Positions 1-7,691 of a stretch of DNA of 30,820 bases are shown here, piece after piece; positions within the stretch are counted from its first letter, which is position 1, and each line of letters begins with the position of its first letter. Source of the stretch: Methanothrix sp. (GTDB taxonomy: Archaea; Halobacteriota; Methanosarcinia; Methanotrichales; Methanotrichaceae); contig JAXGJB010000036.1 in NCBI GenBank assembly GCA_040770465.1, positions 1 to 30,820 on the forward strand, in the 5' to 3' direction. The position numbers and the translations under genes were made by a program. The notes under the pieces were generated by a model that saw nothing but the letters and a program-made list of their open reading frames with translations, was not told the DNA's origin and ran no database searches.

Positions 1-126
1 GACGGACAATACGTCCCCAGCCTGCCACCCGGCGTTGTAAATGACCGCCTGGTCGACCCTCGCGATACCTCTTCCTACGTCGGAAGGACGAGCTTCACCT
101 ACTTTGAGCGTATACTCCTCAGTCAT
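1..126 (-). CDS. cdc48: CDC48/VAT-family AAA+ ATPase, N-terminal 42 codons (continues beyond window start)
   Basis: Not in the ORF track. Manual translation from ATG at 126: MTEEYTLKVGEARPSDVGRGIARVDQAVIYNAGWQAGDVLSV, matching the CDC48_N signature LKVxEAxxxDVGRGIARxD...GD. GAGGA lies just upstream. Confidence 0.88.
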   Translation of the reverse strand, partial: MTEEYTLKVGEARPSDVGRGIARVDQAVIYNAGWQAGDVLSV

Positions 127-302
127 ATCAATCCTCATACAATATCAATATCTTTTTATTTCAACCTATCCGTTTTGTTTGTCATGATGGTTCTCGTTTG
201 GTGCAATCCCGGGAGTTTTATGAGGCGGATCTGACGGCCGCCTCCAGATCGCCCCTTTTCTCCAGACCTGCTTCTCCATCTCAGGAAATCTGTGCATCGT
301 AG

Positions 303-352
303 GTTACTAACTTTAGGTTACTACTAGCAAGTTACTTGTATTTAAAGATTTT
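303..352 (-). promoter_or_regulatory. cdc48 promoter: BRE/TATA plus candidate heat-shock repressor site
   Basis: Minus strand reads ACAAAATC-TTTAAATA (TATA 346-339), then GTAAC-CTAAA-GTTAG (321-307), a 9/10 match to the Archaeoglobus HSR1 site CTAAC-N5-GTTAG. GTTAC recurs at 303, 317 and 331 (14-bp period). Confidence 0.6.
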
Positions 353-361
353 GTCTCGCCG

Positions 362-502
362 GGCTTTGCACCTAAAGTTTAGTTAATGCTAAAATCATAT
401 GATTCCGGGCGACTTTCAGCTGAACCCATGCATTCGTAGTTGCAGCATAAGTTACAATCAACGCGATGAAGTTTACAGGGGTTTGACTTTACGTGCAAAG
501 CC
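362..502. mobile_element. MITE (non-autonomous IS derivative), 141 bp, IS5-family/IS903-like ends
   Basis: TIRs GGCTTTGCACCTAAAGT (362-378) and ACTTTACGTGCAAAGCC (486-502), 16/17 complementary. Perfect 9-bp flanking direct repeat GTCTCGCCG at 353-361 and 503-511. No transposase inside. Confidence 0.88.
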
Positions 503-750
503 GTCTCGCCGGCTTGCCGGGCAGCGGATCCTCCTCTCTTTTGGAGTTGGAGTTGTGAAGAGTTCCTCCGGGGAATGATCCTCCGGGATCGATGGAGGAC
601 GGAGTTTGTCTTGGAGGCGCCCAATTGAGAAAAGGATAGGAAAGCTCCGCTCTCCAAAACTGAGCGGTGAAGGTGGTTGAGATCGCAAAGTCGGCGGGGG
701 TCGAAGATGGTTATGAGGAATTTTGCGAGACGGAGTCAGAAGAATGATGA

Positions 751-823
751 AGCCTCGGGTGGGATTTGAACCCACGGCCTCGTCCTTACCAAGGACGCGC
801 TATGCCAGCTAAGCCACCGAGGC
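751..823 (-). tRNA. tRNA-Thr(GGT)
   Basis: Minus strand GCCTCGG-TGGCTTAGCTGGCATAGCG-CGTCC-TT-GGT-AA-GGACG-AGGCC-GTGGG-TTCAAAT-CCCAC-CCGAGGC-T folds as a cloverleaf. No intron, no encoded CCA. Upstream ACCGAAAGGTTCAAAAA looks like BRE/TATA. Confidence 0.97.
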
Positions 824-1096
824 ACGAAAAGGTGCGATTGCCCCCCACGTGCTTTCTGTTTTTGAACCTTTCGGTCAACCCATTTCAACCTTGGGAGGGT
901 CGGTCCCCTCTGCACCGTCGAGGGGGCGGGTCTGTCCTGAGAGGGATGGGAGGCCGATCCTCGGAGGGCGATGATCGGAGGACGAGCCGGCCTCTCAGAC
1001 CCACCCCACCCGGCCCGGTCCAGATCTCGTCATCGAAACCAGCTCAACAATCGCAACAGAAGGGTTATTTATCCGATCAGCCTCAAAAACGGGGTT

Positions 1097-1852
1097 GTGT
1101 CACCCAAGCTCCTCAACGGCGAAGAGCTTATGCGAGCCCTCCGTCCGCACCCCCTGGCCTTTTACCGGCTCTATGCGATCTGGATCTACCTCGCCCTGGT
1201 GGGTGTCTACTTCGCTTCAGGCCCAAGAATCTTGATCCTGGACATGAGCCCCGAGACCTCGGCCAGGGTCCTATGGTGGCTCTCCATCCTCGTCCCGGCG
1301 GTTCTGATCGCCCTCTTTCGGATCAACTGGAGGTGGCTCTTTGCCCTGGCGATCCCGGGGCTTCTGGCCTTCAGCCTTCCGGGCCAGCCTGAGTACATCG
1401 CCTTCGCCGAGAATTTTGGGCTCGGTTGGTTTTTGGACCAAAATCACATCCTGACGGCCTTCGGCGTCCTGGGGGTACTGGGAACCGAAAGTCACCGCAG
1501 GTCTCACCGGTACTACATCACCAACTGGAGGCTGATCATGGAGTCGGGCCATCTGGGGGTTCATCGGAGAACCCTCCTTTACAGGAACATCAACGACCTG
1601 GTGGTGGAGCAGTCCTGCGCTGGAAAGATCTTCAACTTCGGGACGATCATCCCCATCACCGCCTCGGGCCTCGGCCTCGGCGACGACTTCAGCATGGCGG
1701 GCGCAGCCCTGGGGACGAGGGCGATGATCGCCGCCGGCGGCGGGAAGACAGTCTCGACACCTCGGGGAAGGTCTCACCACCTCCTCGAAGGGATCGGCCG
1801 TCCCGAACAGGTCCATGACCTGATAGTATCTCTGATGCACGCTCAGGGATAG
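1097..1852 (+). CDS. Membrane protein with bacterial PH (bPH_2/YdbS-like) domain
   Basis: Track ORF 971..1852. The more likely start is GTG 1097, after a TATA-like TTATTTAT (~1065-1072). About 4 hydrophobic segments, then YYITNWRLIMESG...LLYRNINDLVVEQS...IFNFGTI, typical of bPH_2. Confidence 0.75.
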   Translation: MSPKLLNGEELMRALRPHPLAFYRLYAIWIYLALVGVYFASGPRILILDMSPETSARVLWWLSILVPAVLIALFRINWRWLFALAIPGLLAFSLPGQPEYIAFAENFGLGWFLDQNHILTAFGVLGVLGTESHRRSHRYYITNWRLIMESGHLGVHRRTLLYRNINDLVVEQSCAGKIFNFGTIIPITASGLGLGDDFSMAGAALGTRAMIAAGGGKTVSTPRGRSHHLLEGIGRPEQVHDLIVSLMHAQG

Positions 1853-1900
1853 CCCGGCTGAAAAAAAGCGCGGAGTTGGTCTTGGTTTTTGCCTCGACCA

Positions 1901-3076
1901 TCAATCCTTCTTCAAAACCTTCTCGTAGACAGCTTCCGTCTCTCGGGCGATTTCGTCCCAGGTGAACTCCTTCTCGAGCCGCTCTCTTCCGGCCCGGCCG
2001 AGCTTCTCCATCTCCTTGGGGTCGTCGAGGAGCCTGTTGATGCACCAGGCGATCGACTCGGGCTGGATGTAGGCGAGGAGGCCGTCCTCGAAGTTCTTGA
2101 TGATGCTGACCGCCTCGGTGGCGATAACCGGTTTTCCAGCGTCCCATCCCTCCAGGACCACTATCCCGAAGGGCTCGTTTCTGCTGGGAAGGCAGACCAT
2201 GTCGCAGGCGTTCATCCACTCCTCTTTGACGGTGCTGGGAGTGTACCCAAGAAATATGCAGGATCCGTCGACGCCAAGCTCCCGAGCCCTAGCTTCGCAG
2301 ATCGGCCTCATCCCGCCATCGCCGATGAAGACGAACTTCGCGCCCCAATGGCGGGCCAGGACGTGGGGGATCGCCTCCACCAGGATGCAGGGCCCTTTCT
2401 GATAGTTCATCCTTCCGCAGAAGAGGATAACCGGGGCGAGAGGATGGATCCCATACCTATCCTTCAACTGGCCGGGGTCGACGGCCCGCCTGAAGGACCC
2501 GACGATGAGGCCGTTGGGGATGATCTCGATCTTCTCCGGCGGGATCTGGTAGAGCATCATCAACTCGTCTTTCATCCTCTGGGTGGTGGTGATCACCATA
2601 GCCGCCTCGAAGCCGGAGAGCCATTCGCGGTGGGCGATCTCTCTAGGCACATAATCGCCGCTGTAGTTATTTCCGCATCTCCCCCATTCGGTGCTGTGGA
2701 GGGTGATGACGTAGGGGATGCCGTGGTCGGCCTTTATCATGTTCAGGGCCTTGACCGGGTGCCAGTCGTGGCCGTGGACGAGGTCGAAGTTGCCGAAGAG
2801 CTTCTGTACGTGCCAGAACCGATCGGCGATGGCGTCACACATCCGATCCATCTGAGCGAGGATATCTCCGGACTGGTCGAAGTCCACCCTCTGGTAGTGA
2901 ACGCCGTTGATCTCGTCGTAGGAGCCGAAGTCCCCCCGCCGGGTGAAGACGTGGACTTCGTGGCCCCTTCTTGCGAGAGCTTCCGAGAGCTCCGAGACGT
3001 GAGGGGCGACGCCCCCCACTTTAGTGGAGTACAGGCTCTCCCAGGAGAGCATCCCTATTCGCATTTCATCCACCAT
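1901..3076 (-). CDS. GT4-family glycosyltransferase (glycogen/alpha-glucan synthase-like)
   Basis: MRIGMLSWE..KVGGVAPHV, HGHDWH, TLHSTEWGR, and PSRNEPFGIVVLE (E-X7-E). Start is probably ATG 3076 or 3064 rather than the track start at 3130. Confidence 0.9.
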   Translation of the reverse strand: MVDEMRIGMLSWESLYSTKVGGVAPHVSELSEALARRGHEVHVFTRRGDFGSYDEINGVHYQRVDFDQSGDILAQMDRMCDAIADRFWHVQKLFGNFDLVHGHDWHPVKALNMIKADHGIPYVITLHSTEWGRCGNNYSGDYVPREIAHREWLSGFEAAMVITTTQRMKDELMMLYQIPPEKIEIIPNGLIVGSFRRAVDPGQLKDRYGIHPLAPVILFCGRMNYQKGPCILVEAIPHVLARHWGAKFVFIGDGGMRPICEARARELGVDGSCIFLGYTPSTVKEEWMNACDMVCLPSRNEPFGIVVLEGWDAGKPVIATEAVSIIKNFEDGLLAYIQPESIAWCINRLLDDPKEMEKLGRAGRERLEKEFTWDEIARETEAVYEKVLKKD

Positions 3077-3620
3077 GTCAATATACAATCCAATTCGATC
3101 TACTTCGCCTTGTGAGGTATCAATGGTCAAGAGCCGCCAGCATGCTGCCCGGGATATGCTGAAAGCATCGTGATCGGAGTTTCGTCCATCTCTTCGTCTT
3201 TGTGCTTTATTAACTGATTTTTTGCTACAATTCCTTATGCTGTCGCCTCATTAACCTTTCGGTTTTTGCCGATCCGAGCCGATGAACATAAATGTCATTT
3301 ACAGCTTTATGAACATGTTTAACCGTTCAGATCTAACGGTGGTAACCTGTACCGATTGCGGAATTGGGGCGTAACGAGCCTTAACAGATCGGTTTTTGTT
3401 GATGGGTTCCCTACGCAGAAGTCTCATCGATTCAGCAGACCGCATGATTCTTCTGGTCTTCACATCCCAACTTTGGTTTATTCGTTCGGATTATTCTGAA
3501 ATTTCGGTTCTTTCCGTATCTATTTGAACGTACTTAAAAGTTGTGGCAATCCTCTCGATGAGGCCATTTGTTAACGAATTGAAAACCGGGAGGGGATCGC
3601 GTCAATAATACTCTCGCATC

Positions 3621-3630
3621 AAAAAAAGGA
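3621..3630 (-). terminator. Oligo-T terminator after galT-like gene
   Basis: Minus strand TCCTTTTTTT a few nt past the TGA at 3636-3638. Confidence 0.5.
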
Positions 3631-3635
3631 ATGGG

Positions 3636-4607
3636 TCAGGCATCCCTGAGCTCTTTTGCGGCATCCTCGGGGGCGACCGTGTTGATGAAGATCCCGGTGT
3701 TCTTCTCAAAGCCCGCCATCGTCGATAAAGCCGGCTGTATTCTTATGTTCAGGTGGTAGCGAGGATCGGGAAGCTGGTGGATGGTGTAGTTGTAAGGCGG
3801 CCCCCCCAGGAGCCGGTCGAGCCGTCTGAGGGCCTCGCCCAGGACCTGGGCCAGATCTCTCGATCCAGCCTGGTCGAGCCGGTCCAGGGACGGCGTGTGG
3901 ACTATTGGGAGGATCCAGGTCTCGTAGGGTACCTGTGAGCTGAAGGGGGCGATGAGGACGAACCGATCGTTCTCAAAGATCAGCCTCTCCGAGGACGCCT
4001 CCCTCTCGACGAGGCTGCAGTAAGGGCATCGGGGAGCAGAGGCGATGGCGTCCACCTCCCTCTTCAAGATCGGGGGGACGATGGGGAGGGCGATGAGCTG
4101 GGAGTGGGTGTGGCTGAGAGAAGCTCCCGCCACCCGACCCCAGTTCTTGAATATCGAGACGTACTCGACACTTGTCTCTCTGATTCGGCTTCGATACCGG
4201 TCAGTGTACACAGAGACGAGCCGTTCGAGGTCTTTTCGGCTGAACCGGGACGGCTGGTTCTCGTGGTCCGGGGACTCGACGATCACCTCGTGAAAGCCGC
4301 GGGCATAGTCCGCCACCCACTCCTTCGTCGGCGGTTTTGGGTCGGGGGCAGTGGCCGGGTAGAGGTTGAGAAAGGACCGGGCCCACCAGTTTTTGACCCT
4401 CTCCTCCCCGTCGGCACAGATTCCGTCGTCGGTGTAGACGGCGACCGCCGGCGGGGTCAGCTCCTCGTTTCCCGGGCAGAAGGGGCAGGTTTTGGGGTCG
4501 GACCGCCCCTCTGGGCCGCCGTGCTTGAAGTCCGACGGCCTCTTCCCCCTCTCGGCGGCGATGATGCAGTACTCGTCGAGGAAGTAGTGGCGCCTCAACT
4601 CCGGGAT
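3636..4607 (-). CDS. galT: GalT-family (HIT superfamily) hexose-1-phosphate nucleotidyltransferase / NDP-glucose phosphorylase-like
   Basis: IIAAERGKRP, CPFCPGNE, HEVIVESPDH, FKNWGRVAGASLSHTHSQ (HxHxQ catalytic motif), CPYC, AGFE. Track start is TTG 4598; an ATC start at 4607 is possible. Confidence 0.88.
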   Translation of the reverse strand: MPELRRHYFLDEYCIIAAERGKRPSDFKHGGPEGRSDPKTCPFCPGNEELTPPAVAVYTDDGICADGEERVKNWWARSFLNLYPATAPDPKPPTKEWVADYARGFHEVIVESPDHENQPSRFSRKDLERLVSVYTDRYRSRIRETSVEYVSIFKNWGRVAGASLSHTHSQLIALPIVPPILKREVDAIASAPRCPYCSLVEREASSERLIFENDRFVLIAPFSSQVPYETWILPIVHTPSLDRLDQAGSRDLAQVLGEALRRLDRLLGGPPYNYTIHQLPDPRYHLNIRIQPALSTMAGFEKNTGIFINTVAPEDAAKELRDA

Positions 4608-5821
4608 GAGATCACCTTCTCATAGATCTCCAGGGTCTCTTTGGCGGCCCGGGGCCAGTTGAAGGTCTCCAGGCACTTAGCCCGGCCGTTCTTCCCCCAT
4701 TCCCTCATCCTCTCGGGGTCGGCCAGAACCAGGTTGATACCCCAGGCGATGTCGCCGGGGTCGGAGGGGTTGACGTGTACCCCCGTGGGCCGCTCCGATG
4801 AGGGATTGTCCACGATCTCCCGCAGGCCCGAGACGCCGCTGGCGCCGACGACCGCCGGCCGCTCCATGGCGGCTGCCTCGACCCCCACGATCCCGAATGG
4901 CTCGTAGAAGCTGGGAAAGACGCAGAGGTCGGCGAGGGCGTAGTGGCGGATCTTGGAGTCTCTGTCCAGAAAGTCGGTTACGACCTTCACCGATCCCCCG
5001 AAGGGCTCGGCCATCGACCTCACCCGTCCTTCGAGGGTCCCCTTCCCGACTATGATGAGCTTCGCCCTGGGGTGCTCTGCCAGGACTTTTGGCATCGCCT
5101 CGATGAGGGGTATAACCCCCTTCACAGGCTCGAGCCTTCCTACGAAGAGGATCACAGGGTCTCCGTCTTCGATCTCGTACCTTTTCCGGAGATCTTCGAT
5201 CTTCTTCGGTTTGACGGCCGAGGGGCTGAAGACGTCGGTCTCGACGCCGTGGTAAGATACAGAGATCTTCTCTTTGGGGACGCCGAGGCCTGCGAGCTGC
5301 TCTTTCATCGCAAAAGAGACGGTGATCACCCCGTCGGCGAGATGGGCGCCTTTCACCTCGAGGTCGATGATCTGGGGGTTCGGAGCCGTCTCTCTCCCCA
5401 CCTCGAGGCTGTGGACGTGGAAGATCAGGGGCGTCCCATCGCTCCTCTTCGCCGCCATGGCTCCGGGAAGGCCGAGCCAGTCGTGGGCGACGACGAGGTC
5501 GAAGGGTCCGTTATCCCTCAATGAGGCTGCTGCAAGCTGGTTGTAGCTCAAAAGATCGTGGAGGAAATCGATCCCGTCTCCCCAGGCCAGGGTCCGGTCC
5601 GACACGAAAGGCTCCCAGCCGTCTCTCATGGGGACGGGGGTCTCCCTGAAGACGGATATGCCGCGTCTCTTCTCTCTTTGCTTCAAGCACCCGTCCCCCA
5701 GGGTGAAGATGGACAGTTCATGGCCGAGGGCCGCCATCTCCCTGGATATGGAGTCGGCGTAGACGCCGAGCCCCCCGAAGACCCGAGGAGGAAACTCTAG
5801 GCTGAAGTAAGCTATCTTCAT
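4595..5821 (-). CDS. GT4-family glycosyltransferase
   Basis: MKIAYFSLEFPPRVFGGLG, HDWL, HVHSLE.GR, FVGRLEPVKG, FPSFYEPFGIVGVE. ATG 5821 follows the GT3 stop (5823-5825) after a 1-nt gap. Confidence 0.9.
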   Translation of the reverse strand: MKIAYFSLEFPPRVFGGLGVYADSISREMAALGHELSIFTLGDGCLKQREKRRGISVFRETPVPMRDGWEPFVSDRTLAWGDGIDFLHDLLSYNQLAAASLRDNGPFDLVVAHDWLGLPGAMAAKRSDGTPLIFHVHSLEVGRETAPNPQIIDLEVKGAHLADGVITVSFAMKEQLAGLGVPKEKISVSYHGVETDVFSPSAVKPKKIEDLRKRYEIEDGDPVILFVGRLEPVKGVIPLIEAMPKVLAEHPRAKLIIVGKGTLEGRVRSMAEPFGGSVKVVTDFLDRDSKIRHYALADLCVFPSFYEPFGIVGVEAAAMERPAVVGASGVSGLREIVDNPSSERPTGVHVNPSDPGDIAWGINLVLADPERMREWGKNGRAKCLETFNWPRAAKETLEIYEKVISSRS

Positions 5822-5822
5822 A

Positions 5823-7667
5823 TCAATCGCCCCCTTCTTCAAAACTCGCTGCTTCTGGGGGGATGCATTTGTCCAGCTCCGAGCTTACCATGAGGTTCTT
5901 GTAGTACTCCAGGACCGGCTTGGTCCAGTTCATCAACTTGGCCAGGGAGAAGGACTCCTCGCAGAGGAGCCGGTACTTCACCTGGTCTTCGAGGTAAGTC
6001 CAGGTGAAGTAGTCGAGGGCCAGGGCGTAGTCGAGGATCATCTCCTGTTGGGCGGCATCGATGTTGTCGACGACGACGACCCCCCCAAGACCTGTCACCA
6101 GCCGTTCCACCTTTTTGAGGGCGTCGCTGAAGCCGCAGGCCCGGCTGACGATGCTGGGGGTTCCCTCCTTCCCCGCCTCAAGCCCCGTGAGGAGGAAGGG
6201 CTCGTACTGGGAGGGGAATACGCCAGCGACACACCCCGCCATGATCTCGTCCACCCTCATCTCCAGGCCGCCGTCACCGGGACCCGCCCACTGAGGGTAG
6301 AGGACGGCCGAGGCCTGCCTCTTGCCTGCAGCAAGGCTCCCGGCGTCGATCCCCAGGTCGTGGATCATATTGTTTAGCCTGATCTCCTCGCCCACCGGGA
6401 CCTCCGAGGGGAGGTTGATGGGGAAGCCGTCGGGGAGCTTATCCTTTGACTTGGGGCCGTGAGAGGTGATGAGAAGGCATACCACCCTCATCTTCTCTGC
6501 GAACCTCTGCTCCAGCCTCCGATGTCTTATCAGGTGGTCCTGGAGGAGAAGGGCGTCGAGGAGCTGGGGGTAGCCCTTGTTCTCCATCTCCAGACGGGAT
6601 ATGGTGAAGACGGGGAGGATGTCGTCGGGTTCGATCAGCTCTCCGCCGAAGACGGTGTGGAGGTTCTTGGAGATGAAGTTCTGGATCTTCTTTCTGCAGA
6701 GGTTCTTCTTCTTCCAGTCTATGTGCCTCTCTTCCAGGTCGATCCCGTTCCTGATGACGATCCCGTTGAGGTTGTGAAAGAGCATCGCCTCGCGCATCGT
6801 CGAGTCCCCTACGAAGCTGACGACGTCAGCGTACCGGGCGAGGGACTCGAGGGTGGCCATGCCGATGGGGACGTTGGGGTCCCAGGCGGCGTCATGGCGG
6901 GCGACCTTCTCCAGGGACCGATAGCCCGAAGTCCTTCCCGGCACCGTTGCGTGGAGGGTGGCCATCGTTCTGGCGGGCACCCCCAGACACTTCAGCCTCG
7001 CCAGGGCGTAGAAGGTGGGAAACTCGTGGCAGTGGAGGGAGACCCTCATCTTCGGCATCACTGACATGGCGAACTCCGAGATCGCCTCATCCCCGTACTT
7101 CTTCGCCTTCTCCTCACCGAGGGATACGAGGTACTTTACGAACTGAGAGACGGCGTAGGAGAGGCCCAGGTAGTGGGTGTACTCCGCCCCGTAAGGGGCC
7201 CGCTCAAACGCCATCGAGTCGAGCCCCGCCGTCGTCCAGGCCTCGGTCTTGATGGCGTTGGCCAGGGTCATCTTCGAGCCGGACCTGCTGGTGATGATCG
7301 AGTCGTAATAGGCGGTGTTGAAGAGGAGGTAGCCGATTGAAACGCCGTCGACTTCGGTCTGGGCAGTCACGACGTCGATTCCCTCGGATTTGAGTTGGTC
7401 GAGGGCACTGGTGAGCTCGTCGTCCATATCGAGGGGTGCGAGTTTGCTCACGTCTGTGACCCTCGCCTTCCCCTTGTTCCAGTCCGCCCCCTGGGTGGGG
7501 TAGTAGGGGCCCGCCACCAGGATCTTGAGGTCGCACTCGATCTCCCCCTTTGCGGCGAGCTTTGCGAGCACCCTCGCCTCGGCGTCGATGACGTTCCATA
7601 TCCCGCCCATCTTGTTGCAGACGGGGCCGCCCTCCTCCCCAGCCAGGATTATCCAGCGTTTTATCAT
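5823..7667 (-). CDS. GT3-family (eukaryote/Bacteroidota-type) glycogen synthase
   Basis: NKMGGIWNVI (yeast Gsy NKVGGIYSVL-like), HCHEF, TLHATVPGR, SRLEMENKG (GRYEYKNKG-like), and GCVAGVFPSQYEPFLLTGLE ([20 protein letters not shown]-like, E-X7-E). 614 aa. Confidence 0.82.
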   Translation of the reverse strand: MIKRWIILAGEEGGPVCNKMGGIWNVIDAEARVLAKLAAKGEIECDLKILVAGPYYPTQGADWNKGKARVTDVSKLAPLDMDDELTSALDQLKSEGIDVVTAQTEVDGVSIGYLLFNTAYYDSIITSRSGSKMTLANAIKTEAWTTAGLDSMAFERAPYGAEYTHYLGLSYAVSQFVKYLVSLGEEKAKKYGDEAISEFAMSVMPKMRVSLHCHEFPTFYALARLKCLGVPARTMATLHATVPGRTSGYRSLEKVARHDAAWDPNVPIGMATLESLARYADVVSFVGDSTMREAMLFHNLNGIVIRNGIDLEERHIDWKKKNLCRKKIQNFISKNLHTVFGGELIEPDDILPVFTISRLEMENKGYPQLLDALLLQDHLIRHRRLEQRFAEKMRVVCLLITSHGPKSKDKLPDGFPINLPSEVPVGEEIRLNNMIHDLGIDAGSLAAGKRQASAVLYPQWAGPGDGGLEMRVDEIMAGCVAGVFPSQYEPFLLTGLEAGKEGTPSIVSRACGFSDALKKVERLVTGLGGVVVVDNIDAAQQEMILDYALALDYFTWTYLEDQVKYRLLCEESFSLAKLMNWTKPVLEYYKNLMVSSELDKCIPPEAASFEEGGD

Positions 7668-7691
7668 GACAGATCAGGCCTCCAGTGCAGG

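Noticed and set aside
751-775. tRNA-Thr 3' end as an integration (att) site
   Set aside because: No duplicate of the tRNA 3' end and no integrase seen in the window.
379-1392. ORFs 379..657, 473..775 and 766..1392
   Set aside because: They overlap the MITE, the tRNA or the PH-domain gene and have no protein-like features.
1889-3115. 408-aa + strand ORF
   Set aside because: Antisense shadow of the GT4 gene caused by GC3 bias; no recognisable motifs.
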